This document shows, one piece after another, positions 40,301 to 52,300 of a DNA stretch of 64,000 bases. Every line of letters starts with the position of its first letter. Positions within the stretch are counted from its first letter, which is position 1. The notes under the pieces were generated by a model. That model saw only the letters and a program-made list of their open reading frames with translations. It did not search any database and was not told where the DNA came from. Origin of the DNA: Tubiluchus corallicola (taxonomy: Eukaryota > Animalia > Priapulida); assembly GCA_030141605.1 (NCBI GenBank), contig JAQGDQ010000260.1, positions 62,001 to 126,000 of the forward strand. Direction: 5' to 3'. The position numbers and the translations under genes are program-made.

Positions 40301-43300
40301 GAGTTTATGTTTATTTGTCAGACGTGGTTATGACTGTATCTATGTTTGTCAAACATGATTGCCTCATGTTTACTTTTGTCAGACGTGGTTTATGTTTATT
40401 TGTCAGTACGTGGTTTATGTTTATTTTGTCAGACGTGGTCTTATGTTTATTTGTCATGCACCAGTGGTTTATGCATTTATCTATTGATCAAACATGATTT
40501 ATGTTTATCTAGTTGTCAGACAGGCAAACCACATCTGGGAAACCACTAAATGTGGCGCTATAGCGGGTTGGCAGTAAGGCGATTCTACTGTGTAACATTT
40601 ATTTTGTTTTCTAGTTAATTTTGATACGTGATAAATGATATAATATTAGTATACCTGCAATAATACATGTGTTATACTATACACTTTCGCTACATTAACA
40701 ACACAGGTGTAGTTTTACGACAGATGTGTTGCAAAACTTTTAGGTAACACAGCATTTTGTATCCTTGTGAAATGCTGCTTCCTTAGCCTACTGCTGATAA
40801 GATATGTACCGCCGCTGCACATAACTTGACCTTGAATCAAACAGCTTTCATCCATTAAATCACATCAGTTCATTACTGAACCATAGCTACGCAACTCTTG
40901 TACTCTTAAAATGCATGTTCATTGCTCAAAACTTCAACATTCACCATCATACAGTCACTTGCAACAAGACGTAAATCTTAATTTAAACACCATAATTGTT
41001 TTTCTATGTAGAGGTCATTGTTTTTACAAGTAGCTGTTTTTCTACAAAATGGTTGGCCATTTTTCAGTAGCAATTTATTGTACTTTGTCTAGGCTGGTGT
41101 TATAACGGGATTGATTCATTATTTAAAATAGACTTTTGACACAGTAGATACATTGGCGGATGACGGTGGGCGAGGTTGGCGGTATTCCCTATATTTTATA
41201 TATTATGGAAACCGGGACAGGGCAAACGTTGGCATTATGGCGAGGCTAGCGTTGTAACGGGGGGCGGTATAGTGAGGTTTGACTGTAGTTTAATCACAAC
41301 TATAATTCAGGAACTGCCAGATATGCGTGTGGAAACAGACAAAATTTGAATAGCAGTTTCAAATTTGCATTTGTGTAACTGTTTCATTATTGTTAAGGTA
41401 CTTAAGCCTACCGCAGTCATCAGTTCAAGTTCTTGGTGTAAGCACAAGTTTCCTCTATTTTTTTTTCTTGTTTTAGGCTCGGGTGTCACAGGTGCAAATT
41501 TCGATGTGGAGTCAGGTTTGCGAGCTCTACATCAAATTCCCTTAGACGATGGAAACGTCCATTGGAATGATCCGTTAGGTGTGAAATTAGCCTTTGTTTA
41601 ACATTTGGTGGCTTTTCTAATATACGTCAGGGATGTTACAGAAACTGAAATTAGAAGCCGAAACCGATACGAAGATGAAACCGACCGAAAATCATTTTTT
41701 GCAAAAGTAACCGCTATCAAAACTGAAAAAATTCTGAAATAAACAAAAAATATTCTGTTTTTGCTTCTTTGCTTGTATTTTGCTCTGATACAAGCTTGTT
41801 GAAGTAGCTAGGCAAAAAATCCTAACCAAAAACATAGAACAATGTTTATGGTTAAAAATGATAAAGCTTCAAAAAATTGACAAATTTTATTTTGTAAATA
41901 TTTTTTGCCTATATTTCATGAATTGTGAAATTAAATTTAGTTTTATTCAAATTACGCTTCGATCGGTTGATTGTGCCTGGGGAGCTTAAAGCTTCACAGT
42001 CTTCAGCACTGAAGATATGCCACATTGCCCTAAAAGTGTGCTGCAAATGGTACAAAAAGTTAAATAAACGATATTTACACTTTATTTCAACTATTTTAGC
42101 CAAAATTATTCAGCAATTTGTAACATCTAGGAGAAAAAAAGTTAAGCTGGATAAATACTACTAAAACTGCTGAAAATGCTACCGAAAGTGTCGGCTACNN
42201 NNNNNNNNNNNNNNNNNNNNNNNNNNNNNNNNNNNNNNNNNNNNNNNNNNNNNNNNNNNNNNNNNNNNNNNNNNNNNNNNNNNNNNNNNNNNNNNNNNNN
42301 NNNNNNNNNNNNNNNNNNNNNNNNNNNNNNNNNNNNNNNNNNNNNNNNNNNNNNNNNNNNNNNNNNNNNNNNNNNNNNNNNNNNNNNNNNNNNNNNNNNN
42401 NNNNNNNNNNNNNNNNNNNNNNNNNNNNNNNNNNNNNNNNNNNNNNNNNNNNNNNNNNNNNNNNNNNNNNNNNNNNNNNNNNNNNNNNNNNNNNNNNNNN
42501 NNNNNNNNNNNNNNNNNNNNNNNNNNNNNNNNNNNNNNNNNNNNNNNNNNNNNNNNNNNNNNNNNNNNNNNNNNNNNNNNNNNNNNNNNNNNNNNNNNNN
42601 NNNNNNNNNNNNNNNNNNNNNNNNNNNNNNNNNNNNNNNNNNNNNNNNNNNNNNNNNNNNNNNNNNNNNNNNNNNNNNNNNNNNNNNNNNNNNNNNNNNN
42701 NNNNNNNNNNNNNNNNNNNNNNNNNNNNNNNNNNNNNNNNNNNNNNNNNNNNNNNNNNNNNNNNNNNNNNNNNNNNNNNNNNNNNNNNNNNNNNNNNGAA
42801 ATTTCTTTTGGATATACTGTAAATTTCCATTTTCTTCCCCTTTAAAAAGCTTTTCGAGTGATGCCAGTGCAAAATAAAGCTATCAGAAATGGGAAAAAAA
42901 ATCTAGTCAACTTGTCGTAATCTCCTCATATGTAATATTCTACTCGAACTTCTCATCAGAATGACAGACTTCATCATCAGTTTTCATACCAACTACATAA
43001 CTCGACTTGAAACTAATAGTTTAACTTTTAACGGTTTAAGTTTTACTATTTTTTAACATACCTTTACATTTTCAACCACGTAATCTTGCAAACTTATAAG
43101 TTTAATGTATAATTTGTGATGCCGTTGTTATTGATTACCTATTCCCAGTTTTTGGTTGTCTGTTCCTATCTGAGGCAACCTGTATTTTAAAATTTGCTGT
43201 TTATTGTAATAAAATGTTAATAGCTCTCAGGTTTAGCTGTTTTTAGGGTTTGAGTGCTGCTTGATAATTTCAATTTTGTATTGTTGTTAACATTTGTAGG

Positions 43301-46300
43301 CATGTGGATGCCGACTCAACCAGGAGGCGTCACTTCTTCTCATCCTTTGCTGATTCGTCACGGTGATTCGCACACTGTACATCCGCAGCAGAACTTAACC
43401 CGACTACACAGGGGTGGTCGCCGGCAGCAGTACCGCATCGTGAGCCCCACAGTGCATGTGCGTTACATGGGAAATCGGCACCCGAATCCACCTGCTATTT
43501 TACAACGGTTAGTATAAATGTTGCGCCAGCAATTAAAGGAAAGGTCTAGTAAATAGACTAAATAGATAGAAAGATGGAATAAATGTAATTTCGTTGCTTA
43601 GGAGCTGTAGGTGGTGCAGCCCATGCTTATTAGAGTTTAGGCAGTTAGACTTTTTAACCAGTCATTATTAATTGCGTTCGGTTAACCGTTTCCGATGACG
43701 TCATACATATAGGAAAATATTGAATACACATGGCTTGCACGAGTAAGCGGTGCAGTTCAAATTTAGCTGATGCCAACGAGAATGTCCAACATGGCGTCAT
43801 CCTGTAACACGCGCGAGAGAAAATTTTTTGCAATTTACCGTTTAGATGCTTCTTAGGCAACCAGACCAATTGAAACAATGTTGTAAGTAGTACAATTTTA
43901 TGTAAGAGGGACATTGCTAACTGTGTACGCCAAAAGATGCAAGGTTTCATTAACACGGATACGTAGAAAACTTGTCTAAGTAATGGTTAAACGGTTAGTG
44001 ATTTTCTAAACAGTTACATCAGTTAGCGATTGGTTAAACGGTTAACCGTCTCAGTCCTAATGCCTGCTTAATTGATAAGTAAGGAGGATGATTTAAATTC
44101 GTTTAGTAATTTTTCAAATGTTTTACAAGGCAAGAAATGTTCACATATTGACCACAGCTTAAAATGGTTTTAAATGAACCTATGGTTTTAAGTATCTGAA
44201 ATCCAGATGTGCACGATTAACATGTTTGCGTATTGTCTACGTTGTTTCTATTTCGTTCAACTCCTGGTATGTCTTAACAGACTTTTTAGAGTATATTGTT
44301 GAACAGTCTCACCAAAAGATTCACTGAAAGCGACCCTCCAAAAGTAATTTATCTTGGTTTTTTTAAGAGTGGCTTATGTTAAATGGTTGTTTTGAAAGCT
44401 GAATTTTGTTTGGTCTTTTATGTTGTTTGCTTGCAGTCTTCATACCTTTATTGGTAAAAATGCCTATATTTCTAAAAACCCATTGTGAAAAAACAAGTCT
44501 TGAATTAAATCACCAGAACTAAAAATAAATTGTAGAAATCAGTCATGTTGTCATGGTAACTTATTAATATCGTACATCAATGCAGTAATAAACTTGGGTG
44601 CTGAAATTGTGAAATAACTTGCCATTTGCTTAGTTTTCCTGCATTATTGTCAAGGCCTGCATTATTGTGGTGTAGCTTTGCATTGCAATCTTCTCCTTTG
44701 CAAACATGTGCAAGGTACATATAAAAGATTCCTGTTATTGGAATGTTGTACCGGATAATATAGTGACATAATATAGTGATAATATAGTAATATAATATGG
44801 TGACATTATCGTTAATTTATAATTCAACTTATAGGCAAATATTTAACTGTAAGAAACACTATGGCTATTACTGTAGATAATAAACTGTATATTTTAGAAT
44901 GTAGGTCAACTAAGCTGTGATCTAGAAAGTCGGACTGTTTTGCTTTATAAAGGAAATCCAGTAATTTTTTAAATTTTAACAATTTTTTGAAATGTTTCAT
45001 GACAAATGTTATTTTATATTGAATGCTATCCTTATATGTTAATCGCTGCATATCCGAGTTTTCCAGCAGTTGACTTTTTACTATAGTCATGTGTTTACAT
45101 TTTATGGCTGCAGATTTTTGGGACCGAATACGGCGCACGAGATTCTGCAGTTAACATCCGGTTCCGGAGCCGGCACCACAACCCGGGTTCTCATTCCTAG
45201 TGATGACGTCCGTATTTTTGCCCAGGCAGAGAATGACATTATAGAGGTTTGAACTAATTTTACATACTGCTTTTTAATCTTATGGCACTGACACTGGTGG
45301 ATTAAGAGTTATAGGAGCCAATTGGCCCAGTAATTAGGGTGTCTGGAAGAGCGCTGTAAGTCCCCTGGCTAGGTTTGGGGCAGAACTCCGGAAACTAACG
45401 ATTTCCTGCAATTTAGTACTTGCTGAGTCCAGTTTTGACAGTAAAGAACGCTGAATATTGGTTGCTTAAGTCGTTTAGAATTTGTAATTGGTTTTTACAT
45501 TGTTTTTTAACATAACACTACAAGTTATTTCAGAGACCCTTGGAGTCTCTGTAGGCCTACATACCAATACAATAACATTACACTAGGTCTTCTTAATCAT
45601 TTGATAGTAGTAAGTAAAGTTAAATGGCATTTAGAGGTTGTCGGAGGGCTGAAGCTATTTTAAAATTCATTTTTTGTAATTAATTATTATTGGAGAGAGT
45701 TGCTGTTTAACATTAAAATTTGAGAACTACCTGAGCGGAAGTTTTCTATGCACCCTTCAATGAAATAACACAATCTCTGCAGCAAAGTGTATTAAAGTAT
45801 TGCTAAAAAATTATGTTTTACAATTAGGTTGAAAATAGTTTGCATGCCTATAAAGATTTTCTGAATTTAGAACTAGTTAGGCTCACATGTATTGTTGGAA
45901 GTAATTGACAGTGAAAATATTGAGTTACTGAGCTTCTGAATTTTTCCTTTTTTGCTAGAATTAAGGTCTAATTTAGACAACAAACTATGGGCCCTTGGCA
46001 CTTGCCTAATGGATGATCCTCCACTGGGAATTGGGTAGCATTTAGCAGGTTTTTTCATTGCTTTTCATTTAATTTTTAAAGTCAGTTTCAGGATGCTTTT
46101 CAGGATTTTTGCAGCGAGTGACAGGCCTTTCAGGCTTTGTATCAAATGAGAAATTTGATGGTACCGAAATGCTTGTTTCTTCTTTGTTGAATAAGTTTTC
46201 ACGTACAACTCTGTTCAGAATCTAATTAGTTTGGTGTTGCTAACCTTAGTGTTACTTAAACGTGTTTACTTTCATTTAGGAGCATCAAGGTGATGTCCTG

Positions 46301-49300
46301 ACTGGTGGTGGAGTTTTGGGATCCATTCCTTCTGCTCTTGGAAGATGGACAGAAGAATGTCGTGTTCTGGATGGGGAAAGCATGCACGATGCTGTTATAG
46401 GTGATTTGAATTCTTCGCGTTATTTAGGAATACAAGTTTGTTTAAGAGGGCTTTCCAAATCGCAAAGTGGCTCATTGAGTTGTTGTAATAAAAATTGTTG
46501 AGTAAGTGGAGTATGGATTTTTCATTGCCTGAAAGCAGTGTTTTCCATTTTTGCAAAAGAATTATTTAATTTTGAATTGTTAGGCTAAAGCGGCCATGAT
46601 TGTAACAAGCAATTGTAATATTAGTGACAGTGATCATTACAGTGGTGGCAACAATGATGATCAGAGTAATGATGGTTATTGCAAAGATAATGACAATGAT
46701 GGTTTCATTAGCAGCAGTTGTGAGAAAAGTAGTGAGAGTGGAGACAATGCGGATAACAATTACAAAGGACAATGGGAATGGCAATGGTAATGTTAAGCAG
46801 TTGAGAACAATGCCTTTCAGTTATTTTACTTACTATGTGCTCTTTACCTATTTAGCATTGAAACCAGAGATATTGTCCGAATTGGAGAAGCACCGCAGCA
46901 TAGAGATGGAGGAACGAAAAGAGAAACGCAAGAAGTTATTGGAGGAAGAGGAGAAGAAAAAAGAGGAGGAGAAAAGTAATGAGAAGGTGGAAGAGAAAGA
47001 AAAAAGTTTTGAACAGTCAGACTGGAGTGCTAATGTGACTGAGATGGAAGTGAGTCAAGTTTTGTTTTCTAAATCACTGATTCTATTTTGCATGGTTGAA
47101 CCTATTCGCTAATTCATAAAGATTCACATTATTATTTATTAATATTATTTATAAGTAGACTGTAGTTATAGTAATACTGTGTTAAGAGAATTTCTAAGCC
47201 TCAAAATTGCCGTTGTTTGTTTGATGATGTTCATTATTTTAAATGATGAAAGCCCCTCAAAGTGCCACGCAGCAGTTTCTTTCTGCCGTGCGGTTCATCG
47301 AGGTGCAAGATTAACCAGGCCTTCCACTTTCTTTGTAATATGTTGATAATAGCAATGTTACAGAATGAAGTGAAAAGTGATGCACAAACTTTTGAAAAAT
47401 GGTTTTTCAAACAAAGAACAAATTGCTATGAAAGTCTTGGTTTTGCTCTAAAACGTATTAAGTTAATTTTCCAATTCTCAACACTGTAGGAAATTTTGCA
47501 TTGTATGTCTCAAGCAAAATGTAGCAGTGTTAAATATTTGTGTATTTAGCATCTGTAGTTTACTGTTTTTCACAGATAGCAATTTATAAATGTTACAGTG
47601 CCAAATATTTGTGTAGTTAGCATCACTGGTTTGCTGTTTTTCACAGCTAGCAATTTGTAGAGGAAGCTGTGCCAAATATTTGTACATTTGCCATCTGTGG
47701 TCACTATTTCTCACAGCTAGCAATTTGTAAAGATAGCAGTGCCAAATATTTGTACATTTAGCATCTGTAGTTTGCTGTTTTTCACTGCTAGCAATTTGTA
47801 AAGGTAGCAGTGCCAAATATCTGTACATTTAGCATCAGTAGTTTGCTGTTTTTTGTGTCAGCATTCCCATTTTTGTGATTTGCAAGTGAGCTTGTGCTTA
47901 AACGTTGCAGTATGCCACTAAAAAATTCCGCGCCAATAAAAATTACTTTACAATTTTTTTAAAATAATTTTGACATATTTAATTAGATGTTGCACATAAA
48001 TTAATGTCTTGTGTCTTCCAGGTTGGTGGTGGAATGCCTCCAGTTACGACGTCTTCCGGAGCAACCAGCTCTTTGGATGAGGATGCTCATGCAGCATCCT
48101 CACGGCTAGCTGCATCTATTGTGGAGGAGGTAATGCGTCCAGCGATTATCAGCTCCACTACGTTTACTTCCCCTCCGGCACCAGTCATTGTTTCTTCCAC
48201 GCAAGCCTCTACAGTGGCGCTGCTGCCACCTGCTGGATCGACAGCTGTCACGTCAACTGCTGGAACCACGCCGGAGCCTACTACCACGCCTTCCGTAAAT
48301 GCTGCCATGCCCTTAGTATCATCTGGAATGGCTGGACAGGACTCACAAGCAGTAGAAGGTAAGTTGTCTAAAGGTTTTGGGATTATTTTTAGTTTTTGTA
48401 TTTCAAAAATTTTCTTCGCTGGAATAATTATTCAAATTATTGTTTTAGTTTAATAAGCCTTTTCACGGTTTCATTGTGCCACACGCACAGTTGCTGTATG
48501 TCAACGGTTAAGTGTACCACAACAACACGTCTTACCTACAACTGTCACGTGACGTGTGCAAAGCGAAGTCGTCTGTCACATCAGTTCAGTAACTTCAGTT
48601 GCTTTATGTGGACTTTACTTAATTATGCATTAGTTTGTGCGTAGTGATTTACTAGCAGGATCATGCATGGTAACAAGGAAAAATGAGCTAGGTAAGGTTC
48701 TAGCTAGGTGTTAAAACGGTTACTATTACAGTAACAAGGGCTGCGAGGCGTTGTAAAGTGTACACAAATGCGTTGTCTGGTATACTTAACCTTTGACCTT
48801 TTCACGATCGTCATCAATCGCTGGAACTGTGAAAAGGCTTATTCATTTACAATTTTAGCATGGTATCACCTATCTTAACTCCTGGGAGCTGAAATTTTGG
48901 TTACATTTAGCTGGATATGCGACACAAATAACCATTTCAGTTTTTTGTTGACTAGCTATTAATGCAATTCAAAAAACACTCTAATTTACATGCAAAAATG
49001 TTAATACCACTTAATGCGATTTAAAAAAAGTTGTTGAATGCTTGCCTAATAGATTGTTTAAATTTTCATCACGAAATTGTTGCTGAGTTAACGGATAATC
49101 GATTTTTTCATGATAAAGCTATTTATACACAGGATACTTAGCATTTCAAGCTGAGATTCAAGACCTATTCAGTGCATTAATTCCTATCTATCAGCAGGCA
49201 CGTTTGCATATTTCATAACATTCAATTCATTCTGTGAGAGTATGCATTGATTGCCCTCACAGCCATTTTAATGATAAGTCATTTTGCAGCACAATGTATT

Positions 49301-52300
49301 TTTGTGTACATAAAAATAAATCTTAAAGTATTCATTAATTTTACATCTCTTAACTGCATGTGTGAAGCAAACGTATACATTCTTGCATACTAATAATTCT
49401 GGTCTTTCGGACCTATGGAGTGAAATAGGAGAAATTAGCTAATAACTAAATAGTAAGCTCACTCACCTGCTAACCTTCGATCTATAGACTGTCGGGTTGA
49501 CTCTGTACATGTACGTCTATGCACAGTTGGATTCACTTTACTCTGAAACAATGCAATTATGCAGTTGCATGCTGTACATTATCTTACTATATTTGGACGT
49601 TTCTTAACTTCACAAAATGTTCAAAAATTTTGTACAAGTATTTACGATTATCAGTAACTGTATGTTTGTACATTTCATCATGCAGCAACTTCAGGAATGG
49701 CAAACCAAGCTCCACCGGATCACCCATTGTCGTCAGTCATCGATCCTTCGGAAAACCTTGCTTCTCTCCTCTTTCCCGACGACCGACCTCCGGGAATGTT
49801 TGCCCCTGTGGCGCCGCCACTGCCTTTAGTGGTGCCACCAACAAGTGAAATTGAGCCAGAGGAGCTGTCCAACATCACAAATACCAGCTCTGAAGCCGTT
49901 ACTGTGCATTCTGAAAACTCAGGTAGGCAAATTTTTTTTCATAGCAGATATTGTTAAAAATGTACATATTCTATAAAGATGTAAATACAAAAAGAGACAT
50001 TTAATAGAGTCAAACCAAGCTACAGGCAACAGCTGGTGTTGTTCTTTGAAGTACCTTTTAAGACCATGTCACACAAGCTGGACATAATCTATAAGGTGTA
50101 AGCTGTGAGGAGAAAAAGCCGTCACGTGAAAAATAAATGTACGCTAACAAATGGTCCCTGTCACACATTCATTTGCCATTTTCCTTCTATCTCGATTGCC
50201 TGCTGAGGCGTTTTGGGTCGTCGCTAACGTGGTAATTAGTATGTTTGTGGTTATTCGTTTAGGTCATAAGAATTCGTAACAAAATAGTCTCATAAACATG
50301 AAAAAGCAATTTTTAAACATGACAGTTCACTAATGTCTCAATTAGATACTTGTATTGCCGAAACGGATTATGGCAAACGCCTTACTGTTTACACAGAGTA
50401 AGGAGCATACCTGGGGATTATGACATATGTCTTATGAAAGATGGTAGATTATGAACTATTTCTTGCTCTTTATGCCTTTCTCTGTATGACATGGGCCTAA
50501 TTATATCATGTCCATCTGTTGCTTTTGAAGCATGCAGTATAATGTGATTCTTTTTCCTAATTTGAAAATTTGGTAGCAGTAAATTGCTTTCTGTATTATG
50601 TGAAAAGCTACTCTTATGCACGCTGTTATAGCTGTTTGTGCTGAGTCCCTGTGCAGATGGTTAGAAAGTTGTGCTAGAAGAAACTTGTATTTGGGACGTC
50701 CGGCTACTAAACTTGTGTTTAGCTGGAATCAAAACAATTACATACATCAATAAAAACAACTGTATGAGGTGATAACTGATGCAGTAATTATAGTTGTTAC
50801 TGATTTGAGGAAAACGTTTCCTTTATAATAAAGTGAATTCATTCCAGGTATACGTTTAGTTTGAAGTTCGTTTTTACACCATTTTTGTTTATTCCTTGTT
50901 TCAATACAGACTTGTTTTGAACCTTCAGCTTCAAATGCATTGTATATAAGTTATGACACCCAAATTGTATGTTCTTTGAAACATTTTATTAGTTGTTCTT
51001 AGGCATTATAAGAGCAAGAGCAGTTATTGGCAAGTCATATTTCTAGATATAATGGAAGCAAGGTAGTACTGTTTGGTACTTTCCTAAATCCCACTGAGAT
51101 TTGTGTTTCTGCATGGGCCTTCACTTGTACTTCAAATCGTTCTCTACTTCTACTTTTCTGATACTTTTTTACTACTTTTATGTTTTCTTGTGTATTTTTG
51201 ATCTTGTTGATGGTATTCTTGTTGATTTAGTTGAAGGAGAGGCTCCGACGGCTGGTGAACACGTGGAGGTGTTGCCGTCGTCATCTGCTCCTGCCACCTC
51301 TTCCTTAGCGTCTTCTCAGCAACCAGAGATCCCATCAGCAGATCAGGCCACCTCACAAGAACCTGCAAGTTCTTCGGGTAAGAAATGGATGTATTTGCAA
51401 GATGCCAATCTAAGATTGGCCATAGTTGTTCTTATTCTTGTTCTTGTGGACATTTGTCATGCCAATGTTGCTTTTTGGATTTGCAGACTGCAAGTTGGAA
51501 TTTAATACCAAATAGTACGACTAATGTTGTGGTTATGGTGGGACTGGAATGTAGTTCAAAATGAGGGATGATTCTGTTCGATAAAATTTGCAACCAGTAG
51601 AGGTGTCTTAGCGACACATTTATGTGTATACATTGTATATGAACGAGAAAAACAGTCGTAGACATAATGTGGTTAAACTTCCACAAGCAGTTTTCTAGGG
51701 TAGACCTATCCATTTACCATCTATGTTTACTGGTGCTAAACTCCTTCAGGACCGCACTATTCAAAATATGTCTTTTAAGACCTATGACTTTTCTGCTACT
51801 GTATGAGCCCATCATAAATAAATGATTACAAATTAGGTACTGTTCTGTTCAGGGGAATCTCGGCTATCCAATCATGCTATTTGTTTAAACATTAATTGAT
51901 TTAATTGGATAGAATTAAGAAAAACACGCTTTCTCCAGCACTCCAATTTAGCCTGTTGAGTAGCTTAGCTTGGTGTATACTTGATCCTACAAACTATTTG
52001 ATTGATTGCCTGCTTGCTACAGCCCAAGCTGATCAGCCAAGGACAAATTAAGGTCGTTTCTTCTTTCAACTGGAATTTCTCCTTAAAAAAGACTAGACTT
52101 GAGGCCAAAGTGCTTTCTGGATAGTTGAAATTTTCTGAATTAGCCAATTTCACACTAGCGATACTGTACTTTGTTATAGTGCGCATACTGCAGTCACTGA
52201 ATGTTTTTTCTATTTATTTCGTCAGAAATTGGTTTTTAATTTGTCCGAGGTAAGCAAATGCATTCCGTCTATAATTTTGCATGAATTATAATCCATTGTG

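Noticed and set aside
39231-40549. Hydrophobic ORFs up to 230 aa in three frames
   Set aside because: By-products of the stop-poor 25-bp satellite.
42176-42877. ORFs of 233 and 225 aa
   Set aside because: They consist almost entirely of N-gap translation.
38436-45420. Other probable MITE fragments near 38436-38708, 40520-41287, 41628, 43638-44059 and 45293-45420
   Set aside because: Only one terminus or a degenerate motif is recognisable, so boundaries and family cannot be supported.
46596-46790. Asp/Asn-rich ORF in the intron
   Set aside because: Low-complexity decayed trinucleotide-like tract; the flanking exons join in phase without it.
47240-47400. Possible C/D box snoRNA (ATGATGA)
   Set aside because: No suitably placed CTGA D box or terminal stem found.
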